64,000 nucleotides of DNA, taken from contig OZ287705.1 of the NCBI GenBank assembly GCA_965649825.1, positions 704,214-768,213 on the forward strand, in the 5' to 3' direction. Below are positions 11,833 to 24,600 of the stretch, in pieces. The stretch's first letter is position 1; every line of letters begins with the position of its first letter. The position numbers and the translations under genes were made by a program. The notes beneath the pieces were generated by a model that had not been told where the DNA came from, made no database searches, and saw nothing but the letters and a program-made list of their open reading frames with translations. Source of the stretch: Penicillus capitatus (taxonomy: Eukaryota; Plantae; Chlorophyta).

Positions 11833-12651
11833 GATAAGGACCGCCCAACCCACTCAGGCAACAGGATAGGATGAAGGATGGGAAGATGCAGTATCAAGCA
11901 GCGCCCGCCGTTCGTACAGATCCTACAGGTAGGCATAGGTCTAGCATCCACATACGCGATTGCCGTGCAATGCGTTTAAAAGAATGAGGAGAGAGACCGT
12001 TTTTTCAGTTGCCTACAACAGCCCGATCAAGTAACCCGCCTCTGATTCTGCATTGATTTTATGTGTTGTTGGGGCCTCAGCCATTCCAATAGAGAACACG
12101 CCGCATCTCATGCCCGAATATAATACTGAGAGAAATCATGTCTGAGCATGCATGCATGTATGTATACATGCACAGACCATCAAGATAACCCATATGAGCT
12201 CTTCAAGATGCTGATGGTATCAGTAGTGAGCTTTCGATCATTCCGCTTGCTGGAAAGACTTGAGAACGAACGTCAGACAGGACAGTCCATTGCTTACCGT
12301 CGGACTGCGGCTGTTAATGAAAATTTGCGCACACGGCCGTGCTTGCAAAAATCGAAAGTGGGAAGAAGAAAACCCCCTCTTGTAAAATAAACGCGGTGGC
12401 CATGTCACAGAGGGAACGACTAATGAAAGAACAAATAGAAAACGGTTCACGTATTCAAGTACGACTTATGAAATGATTTGAAGTCCGATGCTATGTACAT
12501 CGTGCCACGGCACTCTGTACGGTCAAGATCTTCGTCTTTATCAAACAACATCAAGCACAACAGCAACATTGTTATGTCCAGTCTACCCTTGTGTGTGTAT
12601 GTCGGTAGGTAGGTAGGTTGGTTGGCAGGTCGGATTCAATTTCCATCTTCT

Positions 12652-15362
12652 TCAGGCTTGAGAGTATCGCGCCCTTCGAAGACCAGCAAGGCTCTTCAGT
12701 TTTTGAAAGCGTTGTCCTTTTGGGGGTTGTTGGGTACTCTTTTCTTTGCCAAGGGCGACGTCTGAGTCACAGCTGTCGGTCCTTGACCTTCTAAAACTAA
12801 CAGATAAAGTTGATGCTCTCTTATCTGTTTTCCGGCTTCGGGTTGATGGTAGACTAAAGGACTGGCCTCTAACTGTTTTATTCATTTCCGCCAACAGGTC
12901 TGCCTGGTCCTTAAAGGACAAAGTGGCGGCGGATCCAAAAGAGTTCATTCTCGATACGACTCTTTCCGCCTTCTTCTTTTCCGCTTTCTTGGATGCCTCG
13001 ATGCTCTTCATCCTCTGAAAGATCTTTGACAACATTTTCTTTTCTTCACAATCGCTTTCCATTGCACGGCTAGCAGTAAACAATGAGCTATAGGCACCAG
13101 ACTGGACCACTTGATCGCAGACCTACACAGAAAATAAAGACGGTATGTATAACGGCGGCGGCGGCGGCCGTATGGATGTGCGTTACCTCGTCCAGAGCAA
13201 ATTTGGACATCTTGCACAGAACATAGACCGTGTCCGTTTTGAGTCTCGGATTGGCTTCTTGGAGAAATTCACAGAGCTGTGGGATGATGGAAGACGATGT
13301 CAGATAGCTGGAGCACTCTTTGAACGAAAGACTCTTGAGAATCTCAAATCCGAGTCGCTTGAGCTGAATACTACAACTATTGACGAGTTCTGCAAGGACA
13401 TCAAATCCGCAGTGCTGGGCCAGAAGACGCGAGGTCTTCACTGGAAGTGCAGTAAGGACATTCATGACGATGTCATGGATTTCTTGACAGACAATTCCGG
13501 TAGGAGTCACGAATTCTAACAAGCGCGAAAGAATGCCTGTGTCACAAATTGCCCGAGCACCAGGCTTCAACGCCGACACGGACTGCAGCACGGTAAAGAG
13601 ATGATCCAGTCCAGGTTCATGTTGAAAGGGTCCTTCTCCTGATTTCTGCTGATCTAAGAAGTCTGTAAAGAGAACGTCGGTTTTGGGCACGACCCCGAGG
13701 TCGATGCATTGTTGGGGTGTCTCGATTGGGCCCTTCTCGATGATACGGGCACACAGGCTCCAGCATCGTCTTCTGAGATTCACGCAATCGCTGTCAAACC
13801 ATGCCACAATGTCTGTGAGCACTCCGGTGGCAAGAACATCGTCACAACGGTCTTCTTCTTCGATAAGTTTGGTAAGGATATTGAGGACAATCAATTTGAC
13901 GGCACTTGTGCCTTCGTTCATTTCTGTTCTGAGGCGCTGCAATTCTGAGGAACCCAAGTTTTTTGCCATGGCCTGACGTGCGACAACGTCCGCTTCAATC
14001 ATGGAATGGATGATATGGAGTGCCGCCTGCGTTACCGACATCGCATGCGGTAACTGAGCAAGGAAACTGTCACTCTTGGCCAAATCGGTCGCCATTCTAT
14101 CGTGCATATCCCATGCCACGACCAAGATATCGATGGCCTTGGATGCACACGCTTTGGTATCCCTCAGAATAATGTTGCTCAGAAAATGCGCTTCGTCCGT
14201 TCCGACGTCGAACTGTTTGCGGTGCACGGCATCCAACAGTCCGTCGAGGAGATGGAGACGCACAGATTCGAGCTCTTCTCCCTTACCCTGCTCGTAGATC
14301 TCTCTGAATAACATGTATGCCATCTGGGCAGGTAGATTCTGTAGATCTTTGCCATTGGATGCGTTGACGTTCTTTCCAAAGAGCGCAATCGCCAATGGTT
14401 TAATCTCCGCATCCTCCATTCTGAGCAACGGTGTCAGAAACTGCACGACGTCGTCTTCCTTCAATTTCGCTGCGACAACGTCGACGTGCTGGATCTCTGC
14501 AAGGCATTTGAGAGCGCCCAGTTTGGTTGGCAGCTCATTCTCTTCCCTCAGCATTTTAATCAAGGAAGGCAGAGCACGAGAGAGAAGAGTTTTGACTTCG
14601 GCGTCGTTGTCCTTGGAGACGAGACGCACCAGAGACAGAACAGACGTACAAGCGTAAGTCGCCACTTCGATCTCGTTCTCATAATCGATCTTGTCTAGAA
14701 TAAAATCCATAACCTTGCATTCCATAAAGGTCTGGCCAGACCATACATACACACATAGTGTGAGAAAACAAAGACGTCACAGTACTTAAGCGCACCTGGC
14801 AGTACTCAAGATTATGCTGAATCAAAGTCGTCATGCATCTTAGTGCCCCTTCACGTGTTTCGCGTCTCTTGGCGGTGATGAGGCGCTTGACAATGGTCAG
14901 GACTTCCGCCGGCTGCAAAAGAAGTGTCGACTCTTGGCCTAAGCACAGCCTCGCCAGGAGGTCTGCACAGGCGAAAGAGCCGTCCATGTCCGTCGTCATC
15001 GATGCCATGCATGAAAGAAGTTTTTGAAAAAGCGGTATCACATTGAGCAGGACTTCCTCCTCATCGAGTCTCGTAAAGGACCCCATTTCACCTGCATGGG
15101 TACCAGGGACCCACGCTTGTTTCAGAACGGCGTTAAGATCTCTGGGATGTCTGGCAGCGATGAGAAGCTGCACCAGCGAACCGACGAGATTCGCGTCATC
15201 TGAAACTTCGCGTTCGCCTTCGCCTTCGCGTTCGTCAGGTGGTGACCCCTCGTGGCGGACCGTCGATGAAAGGGAGAGGTCTTTGGAATGGTGAAAATGC
15301 AGTGTCAGGGTGCCGTCGTCGTTCGACGTCAGTCCGACGCCGACCACTTTGTTGGACACCAT
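12652..15362 (-). CDS. Armadillo/HEAT-repeat protein
   Basis: Long helical-repeat exon (ALPSLIKML, VVQFLTPLL, GVLTDIVAW, GILSRLLEF, IIPQLCEFL) plus flanking exons; first ATG at 15362. Confidence 0.75.
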
Positions 15363-15438
15363 TCGGTCAGTTCGGCAGAAGATGATGCTGTCCAAGAAAG
15401 GCACTGTTGTTTACTGAGAGACTCGGCACGGAGTCCAC

Positions 15439-16121
15439 TCAACGTGGCCAGACAACACAGAGCAGTACACGTTCAGTTGTATCAATCAATCGACAACAGT
15501 CTACGCAATTCCAATCCACTAACGCCGCTGGAAAAACGGTTCCTACTGTGGGAACGCAGCTACGCCCGTTTGAATTGATAAGAGGCGTTGTTGGAAGAGA
15601 TTTTTTGAGCTTCGAGGCACAAGTCAACAAGTCGCGTCGTGCGATAAGCGCCCTTCTTTTCCTAAGGCTTTGATGGAACAAACGTCTGACTGGACGCTTT
15701 GGATAAGCTCCTTGTAAGATGTCTTCTAACCGACACGCATCTTCGTCATCTGCGAAAAAATGCACGCCGTGTAAATGACGACGCGGGAGTTTCTGTGTCT
15801 TGTCGTCTCGGTGAATGCCGCCCTTGCATTTGAGCTCGGCATCGGTCGGCCGAAGGAGACGGAGAGCGTCTTGACGCATTCGCCATTGATGACGGTCGCG
15901 TCTTCGAGACACCAGGAGCATTGAGAGACGTCAACGGCGGGGGTTGCCTCCTTGCGCTGATTGGACACCGTGTCCAGCTCTGTCCAGTAGCGCCGCCGGT
16001 TGGCGAATTGGCGGCGGAGGCGGATGTTGACGTTCTTCTCGGTGAGCTGCACGACGATATCCGCGACGCTTTGCAAAAGGGCGACGAAAACAGTCCCACA
16101 ACATGAGATGGTTTTGTACAT
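15439..16121 (-). CDS. Hypothetical gene immediately downstream of ispE (frame and exon structure unresolved)
   Basis: 131-codon ORF 16121-15726 starts at an ATG overlapping the ispE stop; alternative ATG at 16104; 160-codon open frame 15921-15439; acceptor-like TTTTTTCGCAG near 15750. Confidence 0.35.
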
Positions 16122-17254
16122 CACCCTTGTACGACGGCACTGGTCGTCCAGGCATTGCTCGGCGTGTACCACTTCCCCGCCATCCGGTTGATAAGTCGAG
16201 CAGGCGAGACGAACAGATCGCTGTATTTTTCTTCCTTGGATAGGAAATCGGGAACGTCGTCCGATCCAAAGCATACGATGGTGCTGCCGCTGCCTGTCAT
16301 GAAAACCGATTCGAAATTGCCTTCCCGTTTCAGCCTTTCTTTCAGTTCCGCCAGCTCCGGAAGAATGGAGAAGGCAGGAGGCTCAAGATCGTTGACACAC
16401 AGCTCCTGGGTGATCGTGCCTCTCTGCCGCAACCCATCGAGCAACTCCAGTGGATCTGCCATGCTGCGGCCGTCCAAATCCAGTGTCTTGAAAATCTGAG
16501 GCGTCAATAGACTGACGGGAGGCTTGACGAGGAGCATCGGCGTGGACAACGGTATCGGCGGCATCACGTTCTCCACAATCTCCCCGCGACCTGCATCCCC
16601 TCGCATTGCCATTGAAAACCGCAAGAGAGAGGACCTGTGCAGTAGGCAGCGCCTTCGGAGAAGAAGACGGAGATGTCAGATCCGATCTCCCCCGACCAAT
16701 CCAGCAGATCCTGATTCGATGCAACCTGCAGCACAAGAGGGGTAACACGGTTGCGATGCTGCCGGAGGGGCAACGTTTCCGCAGATTTCGTTGGCTGCCC
16801 ACAGAGTAGTGGCTGCGTTTGCACTTCCGCCGCCGAGTCCAGCTCCATGAGGCACCGTCTTCTGCAGGTCGATATCGAAATGCTGTTGGATGTCCGTCTT
16901 GGAACGGTAGAGATTCAATGCCTTGATGACGAGATTGGAATCGTCAGTCGGAATGTCGGCGATGTTACACGTCAATCGATCGCTCTTTCCTTCGATGGGT
17001 GCCATCTCCATACGGTCTCCCAAATCGATGACATGAAAAAGAGATGCCAGATCATGAAAGCCATCTGGCCGACGCCCCATGATTCTCAAAAACAGGTTAA
17101 TTTTAGAGGGAGAAAACACCGACAGTCGATCGGATGCGCCCAGTGCACTTGGTCGTGCCACACAGCGACGCTTTGGTGAATGTGCGTGATACCATCGGCC
17201 TAAGGGTCCACGGTTATGCGTAGGGGTCTCCGATCTCAGACGCAGAAGAGACAT
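16121..17254 (-). CDS. ispE: 4-diphosphocytidyl-2-C-methyl-D-erythritol kinase, plastid (MEP pathway)
   Basis: SPSKINLFLRI...FHDLASLFHVIDLGD, DDSNLVIKAL, GHMP motif KTVPHGAGLGGGSANAA, VFMTGSGSTIV; N-terminal transit peptide with no other Met before the catalytic domain. Confidence 0.95.
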
Positions 17255-17562
17255 CAGGTGGATTTTGGCGTTTCAACGTCGAGAGCGACGTAGGGTTTCA
17301 ATTCGAAGTTCAGTAAAGAAGGCACGACGTATCTCGGCCTCTTCAAGGGAGACACAATGTATCCTCCTGCAGACATCCCTCGCCTGAGCAGACCTTCGCT
17401 TTCTGGCGACAGAGATCGACCTTTGGCCGTGTGTCTTCCTGTCGGCAGGCACCCTTTGCCCTTAAAGTATGTTTTTGCGCCGCGTTTTGAGCTGAGTTGC
17501 CAGTAGCCTTTCGTCGGTGCACGCTTTGCTCGCACAAAGGCAGCCAAGATGCGTGTAAGCAT
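17254..17562 (-). CDS. MRPL41: Mitochondrial ribosomal protein mL41 (one 54-nt in-frame intron 17367-17420)
   Basis: LSSKRG...YFKGKGCLPTGRHTAKGGYIV...YVVPSLLNFELKPYV is the mL41/Mrpl27 signature. Confidence 0.9.
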   Translation of the reverse strand: MLTRILAAFVRAKRAPTKGYWQLSSKRGAKTYFKGKGCLPTGRHTAKGRSLSPESEGLLRRGMSAGGYIVSPLKRPRYVVPSLLNFELKPYVALDVETPKST

Positions 17563-17705
17563 GCCGATGGATGATGTGACTGGCTGGGATCAACGGATTC
17601 AGAGTATTCATCCGTACGACCCTTTCGGCGGCGCAGAGCAATCGACCAGACCATAAAGACAGCACCTCCGAGCACTGCAAATTCTTGCCGATTTCGATAG
17701 CCACG

Positions 17706-19968
17706 ATGTCCGACGTGTTACAGAGTCATGCCTCCCTCTTTGACGAGAAGGTGATGGAGATGACGTCGAGGAGTCACCGTCAAGCACGACGCTTCTGTCT
17801 TTGTGCAGACCAGTGGATTTCTGCAGTCTTTGGTGGCGGAAGGCCAAGAGCATCTGTTTCGCGATTGGCCAGCACTCGGTATTCCTTTCAGACAGCGAAA
17901 CGTCGCATCGCGAGTGGAGATGGTTGGTAGGAACGGGCGACGACGATAAGAAGAGATTAGTGACGCAGCTTCAGGGGATCGATGCATCGACGGAAGGAGG
18001 TCTCATCGAATACGTCCGTCGAGCCAAAAAGCTCCTCGACGAATCCAAACGCGGTGCGCATCGTCCTGCGTCTGGTGTCCCCGCACAGGCGTCGGTGGAT
18101 GTGTAGGGGTGAATCCAATGGACGGCTATACGCCCAGTGTGCCAACCGGCAAGAGCCTCGACTTTGGCAGCGATGCATTTCAGCAGCTAGAGAATCAAGG
18201 CAGAGAGACATCGATCATCGAGATATCGGCAAAGCGGTGTTGTGTGATGCAGGCGTCGTCGAAGCGGGGAAGTCTGTCTTTGTGTTGGTGGCCGGCGGCT
18301 TAGGAGAGCGTCTCGGGTTTTCTGGCATCAAAGTGGCGCTTCCGTGCGAGACGGCCAGATACACTTCGTTCCTGCAGCTGTACATTGAGAGCATTCTGGC
18401 CATCCAGGCCAAGGCCCGGAAAGAAGGCAGTCCTGATCTTCTCCTTCCTTTTGTCCTGATGACGTCGGATGACACGCACGCGCGAACAATGGACTTCCTC
18501 GAACAGCATCAGTACTTTGGCATGCAGAAAGAGCAAGTGTGATTTTGTGTGACCGTATGAAGATAGCGAAGAGCGGGTGTGTGGTGTGGACGCAGGTGCA
18601 TGTCTTAAAGCAAGAGAAGGTGGCATGTCTGGCAGACAGCGATGCACGTATCGCTCTGGAGAAGAACGATGCCTATGTCGTAGAGACGAAGCCGCACGGC
18701 CATGGCGATATCCATTCCTTGATCCATTCGAGCGGCCTGCTGTCGGGCTGGGTGGCACAGGGCCTCAAATGGCTCTGTATCTTTCAGGATACGAATGCTC
18801 TCGTTTTCAATGGACTGTTAGCGGCACTGGGTGTCAGCGCCGCCGAAAACTATGACATGAATTCTCTGGCCGTTCCGAGAAAGGCCAAAGAGGCGATCGG
18901 TGCGATCGCTACGCTGAAACACGAGAACGGATCGGAGATCACGATCAACGTCGAGTACAACCAGTTGGATCCGATGCTGCGGAACACCATTAACAAAGAA
19001 GGAGATGTCAATGACGCCACAGGATTCTCCCCGTTTCCTGGCAACGTCAATCAGTTGGTGTTCAAAGTGTGACTTGTGTGGTGTGATGTGACGTGGCCAC
19101 GATGGATGTCTGTTTGTGCTTAGCTGGATACATACATGGAGCAGCTGAAGAAGACAAGTGGCCTCATTTCGGAATTCGTCAATCCAAAATACAAAGATGC
19201 CACGAAAACGGCGTTCCAGAAATCGACCCGACTCGAATGCATGATGCAAGACTATCCAAAAACGCTCTCGGCGGAAGCGAAGGTCGGATTTACCACCATC
19301 AACCAGGTCCGTCTCTTCAGACCTGTCACATCATCGTTCAGTATCAGGCGTAGGTGTGGGCAACGTACTCTCCTGTCAAGAACGCCGTGGCGGCGGCTGT
19401 GAAGAAGGTCGAGGAGGGATGCCCACCGCACAGCGCGACGGCAGCAGAGGCAGATCTGTATGAGTCCAATTGCAAGAGGCTAACGCAGATCGGCGTACAC
19501 GTCGGCGAAGCGGACGTCTATACCTTCAACGGCATGCAGACGACGTTCCATCCACGTGTGATGATCACGCCTTCCTTTGCCTTGACGTTTCAAGATCTAA
19601 AGGTGCGTGGCCTCACACGGTGAAAGAATACAGAGGCGATGCCGGACGTTGGATCCAGGACAAATTTCCGTCCCCTTCACGCGTGACCATCAAGAAAGGA
19701 TCCGTGTGTATCTTGGACGGATCCAGCATCACGGTCGAGGATCTGGAATTGGACGGCGCGCTCGTCGTGTCAACCACGAATGCATTGACGATCAAGGATG
19801 CAAAGGTACGAGCCTTGGCGTTGTCGAATTGCTCAATCGGCGGCGTGTGTCTTGCAGATCGCTAACAAAGGATGGGCAGTGAAAGCCGTGGAGGACGACA
19901 GTGCAGTGGCCGAAGAGATTCGCATTCGCGGATTCATTTTTGACAAGATCGAGACGGAGACCATGTAA
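17706..19968 (+). CDS. USP: UDP-sugar pyrophosphorylase
   Basis: [87 protein letters not shown]. Confidence 0.95.
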
Positions 19969-20074
19969 ACGCGATGTCACCTTTCAGATGCACTGCCGAC
20001 ATAGAAGCTATCCTTAGCCTTAGCCAGCGTCGGATTATCAAGATGCCGACGTTCTTCGAATGTCTCTGTGTCTG

Positions 20075-20404
20075 TTATCTACAGCGATGCCCGTGAGCAT
20101 CGGCGGAGAGGATGACCAGCTGTAGAGACAGTGAATGTGATCGTGAACGGACCCTTTCTGTTACTGAGTAAAGATGACAGTACTTGCAGAAGCTGCGACG
20201 GTTAGCGTTGGATCGATGCTGGATGTGTTGTCCACGGCTGTGGGCGCTGAGAGGCATCGATGAAAAGCGTCGTCGTCGTCGTCGCGTGAAAAGACGTTGA
20301 AGCACCGAACTGTCGTCGAACTTCTGTCGTTCGCTTCGTTGCGCGTTACCCACGTGTCCCGTACCGCGACAGCGTTTATTGCTGCCTCGGACAACTGTGG
20401 GCAT
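20075..20404 (-). CDS. Possible small hypothetical gene
   Basis: ATG-initiated 109-aa ORF filling the gap between USP and TAF11, divergent from TAF11; no family recognised. Confidence 0.25.
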   Translation of the reverse strand: MPTVVRGSNKRCRGTGHVGNAQRSERQKFDDSSVLQRLFTRRRRRRFSSMPLSAHSRGQHIQHRSNANRRSFCKYCHLYSVTERVRSRSHSLSLQLVILSADAHGHRCR

Positions 20405-20535
20405 TGGACCGGCATTCCGCTGCTTTCAGGTTCGCACAACAGGATGGACGGTTAGAATTTGGTAATGGCGTGATTCCTGTATTCAGGGCTCGTCCCTCTC
20501 CGTCACGACCTCTGTGTTCGGCACCACGAAATTCG

Positions 20536-21267
20536 ATGCATCTGGAAGAACCGCAGGGCGCAGCGTCGTTTCTCTCTGAAAGTTCAGATGAAGATCTCGA
20601 TATGGAACCGCACCATCTGGCCGTTGCTGGTGAGGAAGGAGAAAGACAAGGCTCTGTCGTCATGGCCGAAAACGATGCACCAAACGGTACGCGTGGAGCA
20701 TCTCCATAACCTGCTGTCTACATCGACCCTCCTGTAGAAGATCTCACAGACACATCGTCCGAAACAGAGAGCACAGACGCGACAGGTTCCGCCCGGCAGG
20801 CGCCATGACGCTTGATATTGACGGATGCGTTTTAGGCGGCGAGGGAGATGCGCCGTGCAAGACTAGAGAGAAGTTCTATAGGGCGATGCTCTCAAACATG
20901 AGCGAGATCGAGCTCGATAGGTGACGGTCGTTGAGTGAAGGGGCATGGAGGAGCAGGGTAGGGTGTGTGTGGTCTCAGGTATGAAGCCTATCGTCGCTCG
21001 TGTCTGCCTCGACCCAAGATGCGAAAACTGATTGCGTCGCTGAGTCATTTGCCGGTGAACGATGACAAGATCCTCATCGTCGTCTGTTCGCTCGCCAAAA
21101 TGTTCGTCGGCGAGATCGTTCAGGAATCGAGAGTGGTGGCATCCGCCGCCGGGGAATCTGGATCCCTTCGACCCGAGCACATACGCGCAGCCTTTAAGAA
21201 ACTGGAGGCTCACGGACGAGTGATGCGCCGCCGGTCGATGAAGCGATTTTTTCGATGCGCCGCCTGA
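20536..21267 (+). CDS. TAF11: TFIID subunit TAF11 (start approximate)
   Basis: MLSNMSEIELDR-YEAYRRSCLPRPKMRKLI...SLAKMFVGEIVQES...LRPEHIRAAF histone-fold motif; acidic N-terminus. Confidence 0.85.
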
Positions 21268-21621
21268 GCAATGGATGAATGGATGGTTGATTGAATGGTT
21301 CATAGAGCAGAGGTTTATTGCATTTAAGAGGGATTGTCATCGTCCAAATCAAATCTCTCAGAAATCGTCGACCCATGCCTCAATGTACATGACTAGCAGA
21401 GACACCTCAAAACAACGCGGATCATCAGTGGCCAAACAATAACTACACGAGGAAGAAAGGAGAAATAATGAGCAGACGTCGTCGTCGTATCATATCAGCT
21501 GTCACTTCACTGCGTAGGGACACGTATGCTGCGCAGAAAGAACACTTGTATGGTGCGTGCGACAAACACGCTGTTTTTTTGTGCTCTTTGGCAGCCGCTT
21601 GTCTGACAGGTCGGCCTGCGT

Positions 21622-24600
21622 TTAAGCTTCGAGTTCTGAGGCGAGTTCGCCCAGCAGATGTCGAGGAGAGTTCAGCGATGTGTCCACCATCATCATCATT
21701 CCTCCGTTCGACATAAGATCGTACGATCGGTGAAATGTCACAGGCTCATCTGCATCGGATTCCACCAATCCCGGAATCTCTTTCGGAAGCTTGTCGGCGA
21801 TCTCTTCAGAATTGTTGTTCAAACACTGCATGGCGACCTGCAACGCAACGGGTTCCGTCGGAGAGTGCTCCACCATGGAATACGGGGACGATCCGGCATG
21901 AACGGCACCGTAAGAAGGCGTCGAGCGAGCAGGACAGGAAGGCATGGCATAGGGCGGCAGCATATCATAGTGTGGCGCTCCGGGAACAGAGACAACGGGA
22001 TAGGCGGGTGGCGGCGGCGGTGGCGGCGCTGCTGGAATCATCAGAGATCCGTAACTGCCTATTGGAGAGTAGGTACCAGACATGAACATCATTTGCACAG
22101 CAGGACCACTGTCGTGCGCCGTATAACGTGCCGTCTCGCACGAAAGCGGCGAATACAGTCCGTTCTGACTCCCACCTGCGTTCTTCTCCGGAGATGGATC
22201 TGTCAGATCACTGGCGAATCCGACAACGGATCGATCCATCGCCGGCGTCGTATACATATCCGATGGGAGACAGGCGGATTGGACACTGGTCAGTGGCTCG
22301 GAATGTCTCCTTTCGGGTACGGCAGCCGAGAGCACCGGCGAAGCATTGGACCCAAACAGTTCATACTCTGGATACGATTCGATCGAGTGCTCGACGGTAT
22401 GCACCGTGCCAGACGACTCACTGGAGGAGCACTGCATGGCCTGGCTCACACTGTCGCTGTCTGTCTTTGGACACATGGAGATGGAGGAATCTTCGGACAG
22501 CGACTGTTTGTCAGACTCCAATCTCCTCGAAGCAGCACGTCCAAGAAGGACAGGCGCAGCTGACATCGATGTGGACGACTGCAGCGGAGGGAAATCTGGA
22601 TCTGACAGGGACGGTGCGTGCACCGGAATCGGCAACGGTTTACCTGAGGAGATCTCCCAGGCCGTTTTGGACGTCTTGCCTTGGCCGGAATCCACGCTGG
22701 CGGCTCGCACGATCACAATATTGCCGTTCCGATGGACAACGTCCTTCTCCGCATCGATCCTGCTTTGAATCACGGCCTTTTCCGAAGGCTTCGGGATCGA
22801 CGCCAGCACCACCTTCTGCGTTTCTTCCATCTGCTGTGGACTGCAGAAACTGGATACCGGCAGCCTGGACGACGTGATGGATTTTGCACTGGACAGCGAC
22901 AGAGAGCGGTGAGGCAGTGACTTCTGTTGATGTTTCTGTCCAACCTGCTGCCATCCAGCCGCCGTTCCACCATTCATCGCATTCTTCTTCACTCCGTTCC
23001 CTTCATACAGCGTGCCGCTGTTTCGCATCGCTGGTGGTTTTCTCCGTCCAGCGCTCGCTGTGACCCAGCCTTCATCATCTGCCTTTGTTTTGGGCGTGGA
23101 TCCTGTGAGATGGTCTTTGGCATGTCCATCGCCATCTGCCGGTTTGGATGTCTCTTCTGGCAGGGATTCGATCAGAGACTGCAACTTTCGGCGAACTTTC
23201 CGTGCGTACTTCGCGCCCACGTTCTCCTGTTGTGCGTTCGCAATGGCCTGGTTGATTTTCTCGACGACATCCATCATGGCATCGCGCCCAGCAACGCTCC
23301 CGATTTCCAGTACAAAGTTCGCACAGTTGACGGCCTCTTCCAGTGCTGCCTTGATGGCACACCTCGTGCTTTCTAAGGAATCGTCGGGATCGTTCTTTTG
23401 AGCATCCGAGAGCTTCTTGAGACTGGAACGACGTCCAGAGTTCTTTTCCGGACTGTCTGGGTCCGTCGATCGATCGCTCTGTTTCTTGTTCTTTCTTCTG
23501 GATGACGATCGTTTGCTTTCGGCCGCCGCCGCCGCTTCCGCCGCCTCCTCTTCTAGAAGCGCCGCCATGTTGGCGTCGGCGCGCTCCACGCGCTCCTCAT
23601 AATCCGCTGCCTGTTCAGCAGCCTTGGCCCACGCATCATCGAAGCAGTCTTTCTCAGATTTCCGAGCCGCCTCTCCACCCATGTACGCCCTCTTCAGTTT
23701 CGCCTCCAGAAGTTTCTGCTGTCGCGTTGTCTTTCCATGCTGCCCACACAGAACAAACGCCGGCGAAGCGCCATCAATACCATCGGCCTTTGCCCTCCAA
23801 TCACAGCCAAGCAAAGCAAGTGTATACATCATCTCCTTCTTATTCGCCATAGCTGCGTGATGCATGGCGGTGCCACCAACGCTGTCTCGGCTGTTCACGT
23901 CTGCTCCCAAATCCACGAGCTTCAGCACCATGAGCTTGTCGCCGCAACCGGCAGCAAGATGCAGTGCCGTCCGTCCTTCGTTATCTCTGGCACCGATGTC
24001 GGCACCGAGCTCAACGAGCTTCTCGGCGACAGGCAGTAATCTGGATCGGTCCTGTTCCATCTGTGACATCTGCAACGCCTCTGTCTTCTTGAGCAGCAAC
24101 TCCAGTCCCTCTCTTTCCCGTTCAAAATCTCGACTCCACTTGTCCCACTCATCATCGTCATCATCCTTATGTCGGTGGAGATGATGATGCTCTTTGTCGA
24201 CCGTCGTCGTCTCGCATCTATAGCTATCCAATGCGGCATCTGGATTCAAAAAGAGCGATCCTGGCCGTCTTCCACGTGTTGCTTTCCTGAGAAGACTCAT
24301 GAGTTCCGCCCCCTTCCATGTACTGCATGATCGTGCGTTTGATGGTAAGTGTGCTCTATCCAAATCGTTCAAACACATACTACTCAGCGTCTCTGAGTTG
24401 CCTGTGCGAAAACGATGCGTTCGTCAAGAGAGTCCGGTCGTCAGGAAGACTGCCTACCCAGAGTGGCCCATGCAAAACCCGTCCGGACAGGCACCATGCC
24501 TCCAAAACTGCTAGACTCCTCTCTGGAACCTTTCGACAGTACGGACGACGATACACCGGATCTCCTTAAGGACAGACTGCCGAGTCCCTGAGCACAGACA

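Noticed and set aside
17254-17360. Calicivirus-type TURBS (UGGGA) upstream of the TGATG junctions
   Set aside because: No TGGGA found in the 100 nt upstream of either junction.
20075-20404. RRSFCKYC motif resembling eL42 or Rpp21 zinc ribbons
   Set aside because: Flanking residues and the second Cys pair do not match either family.
21658-22563. Long antisense ORFs (e.g. 21658-22563, 30797-31678, 36907-37671, 1213-1920)
   Set aside because: They lie opposite recognised genes and have shadow-frame, Arg-rich composition.
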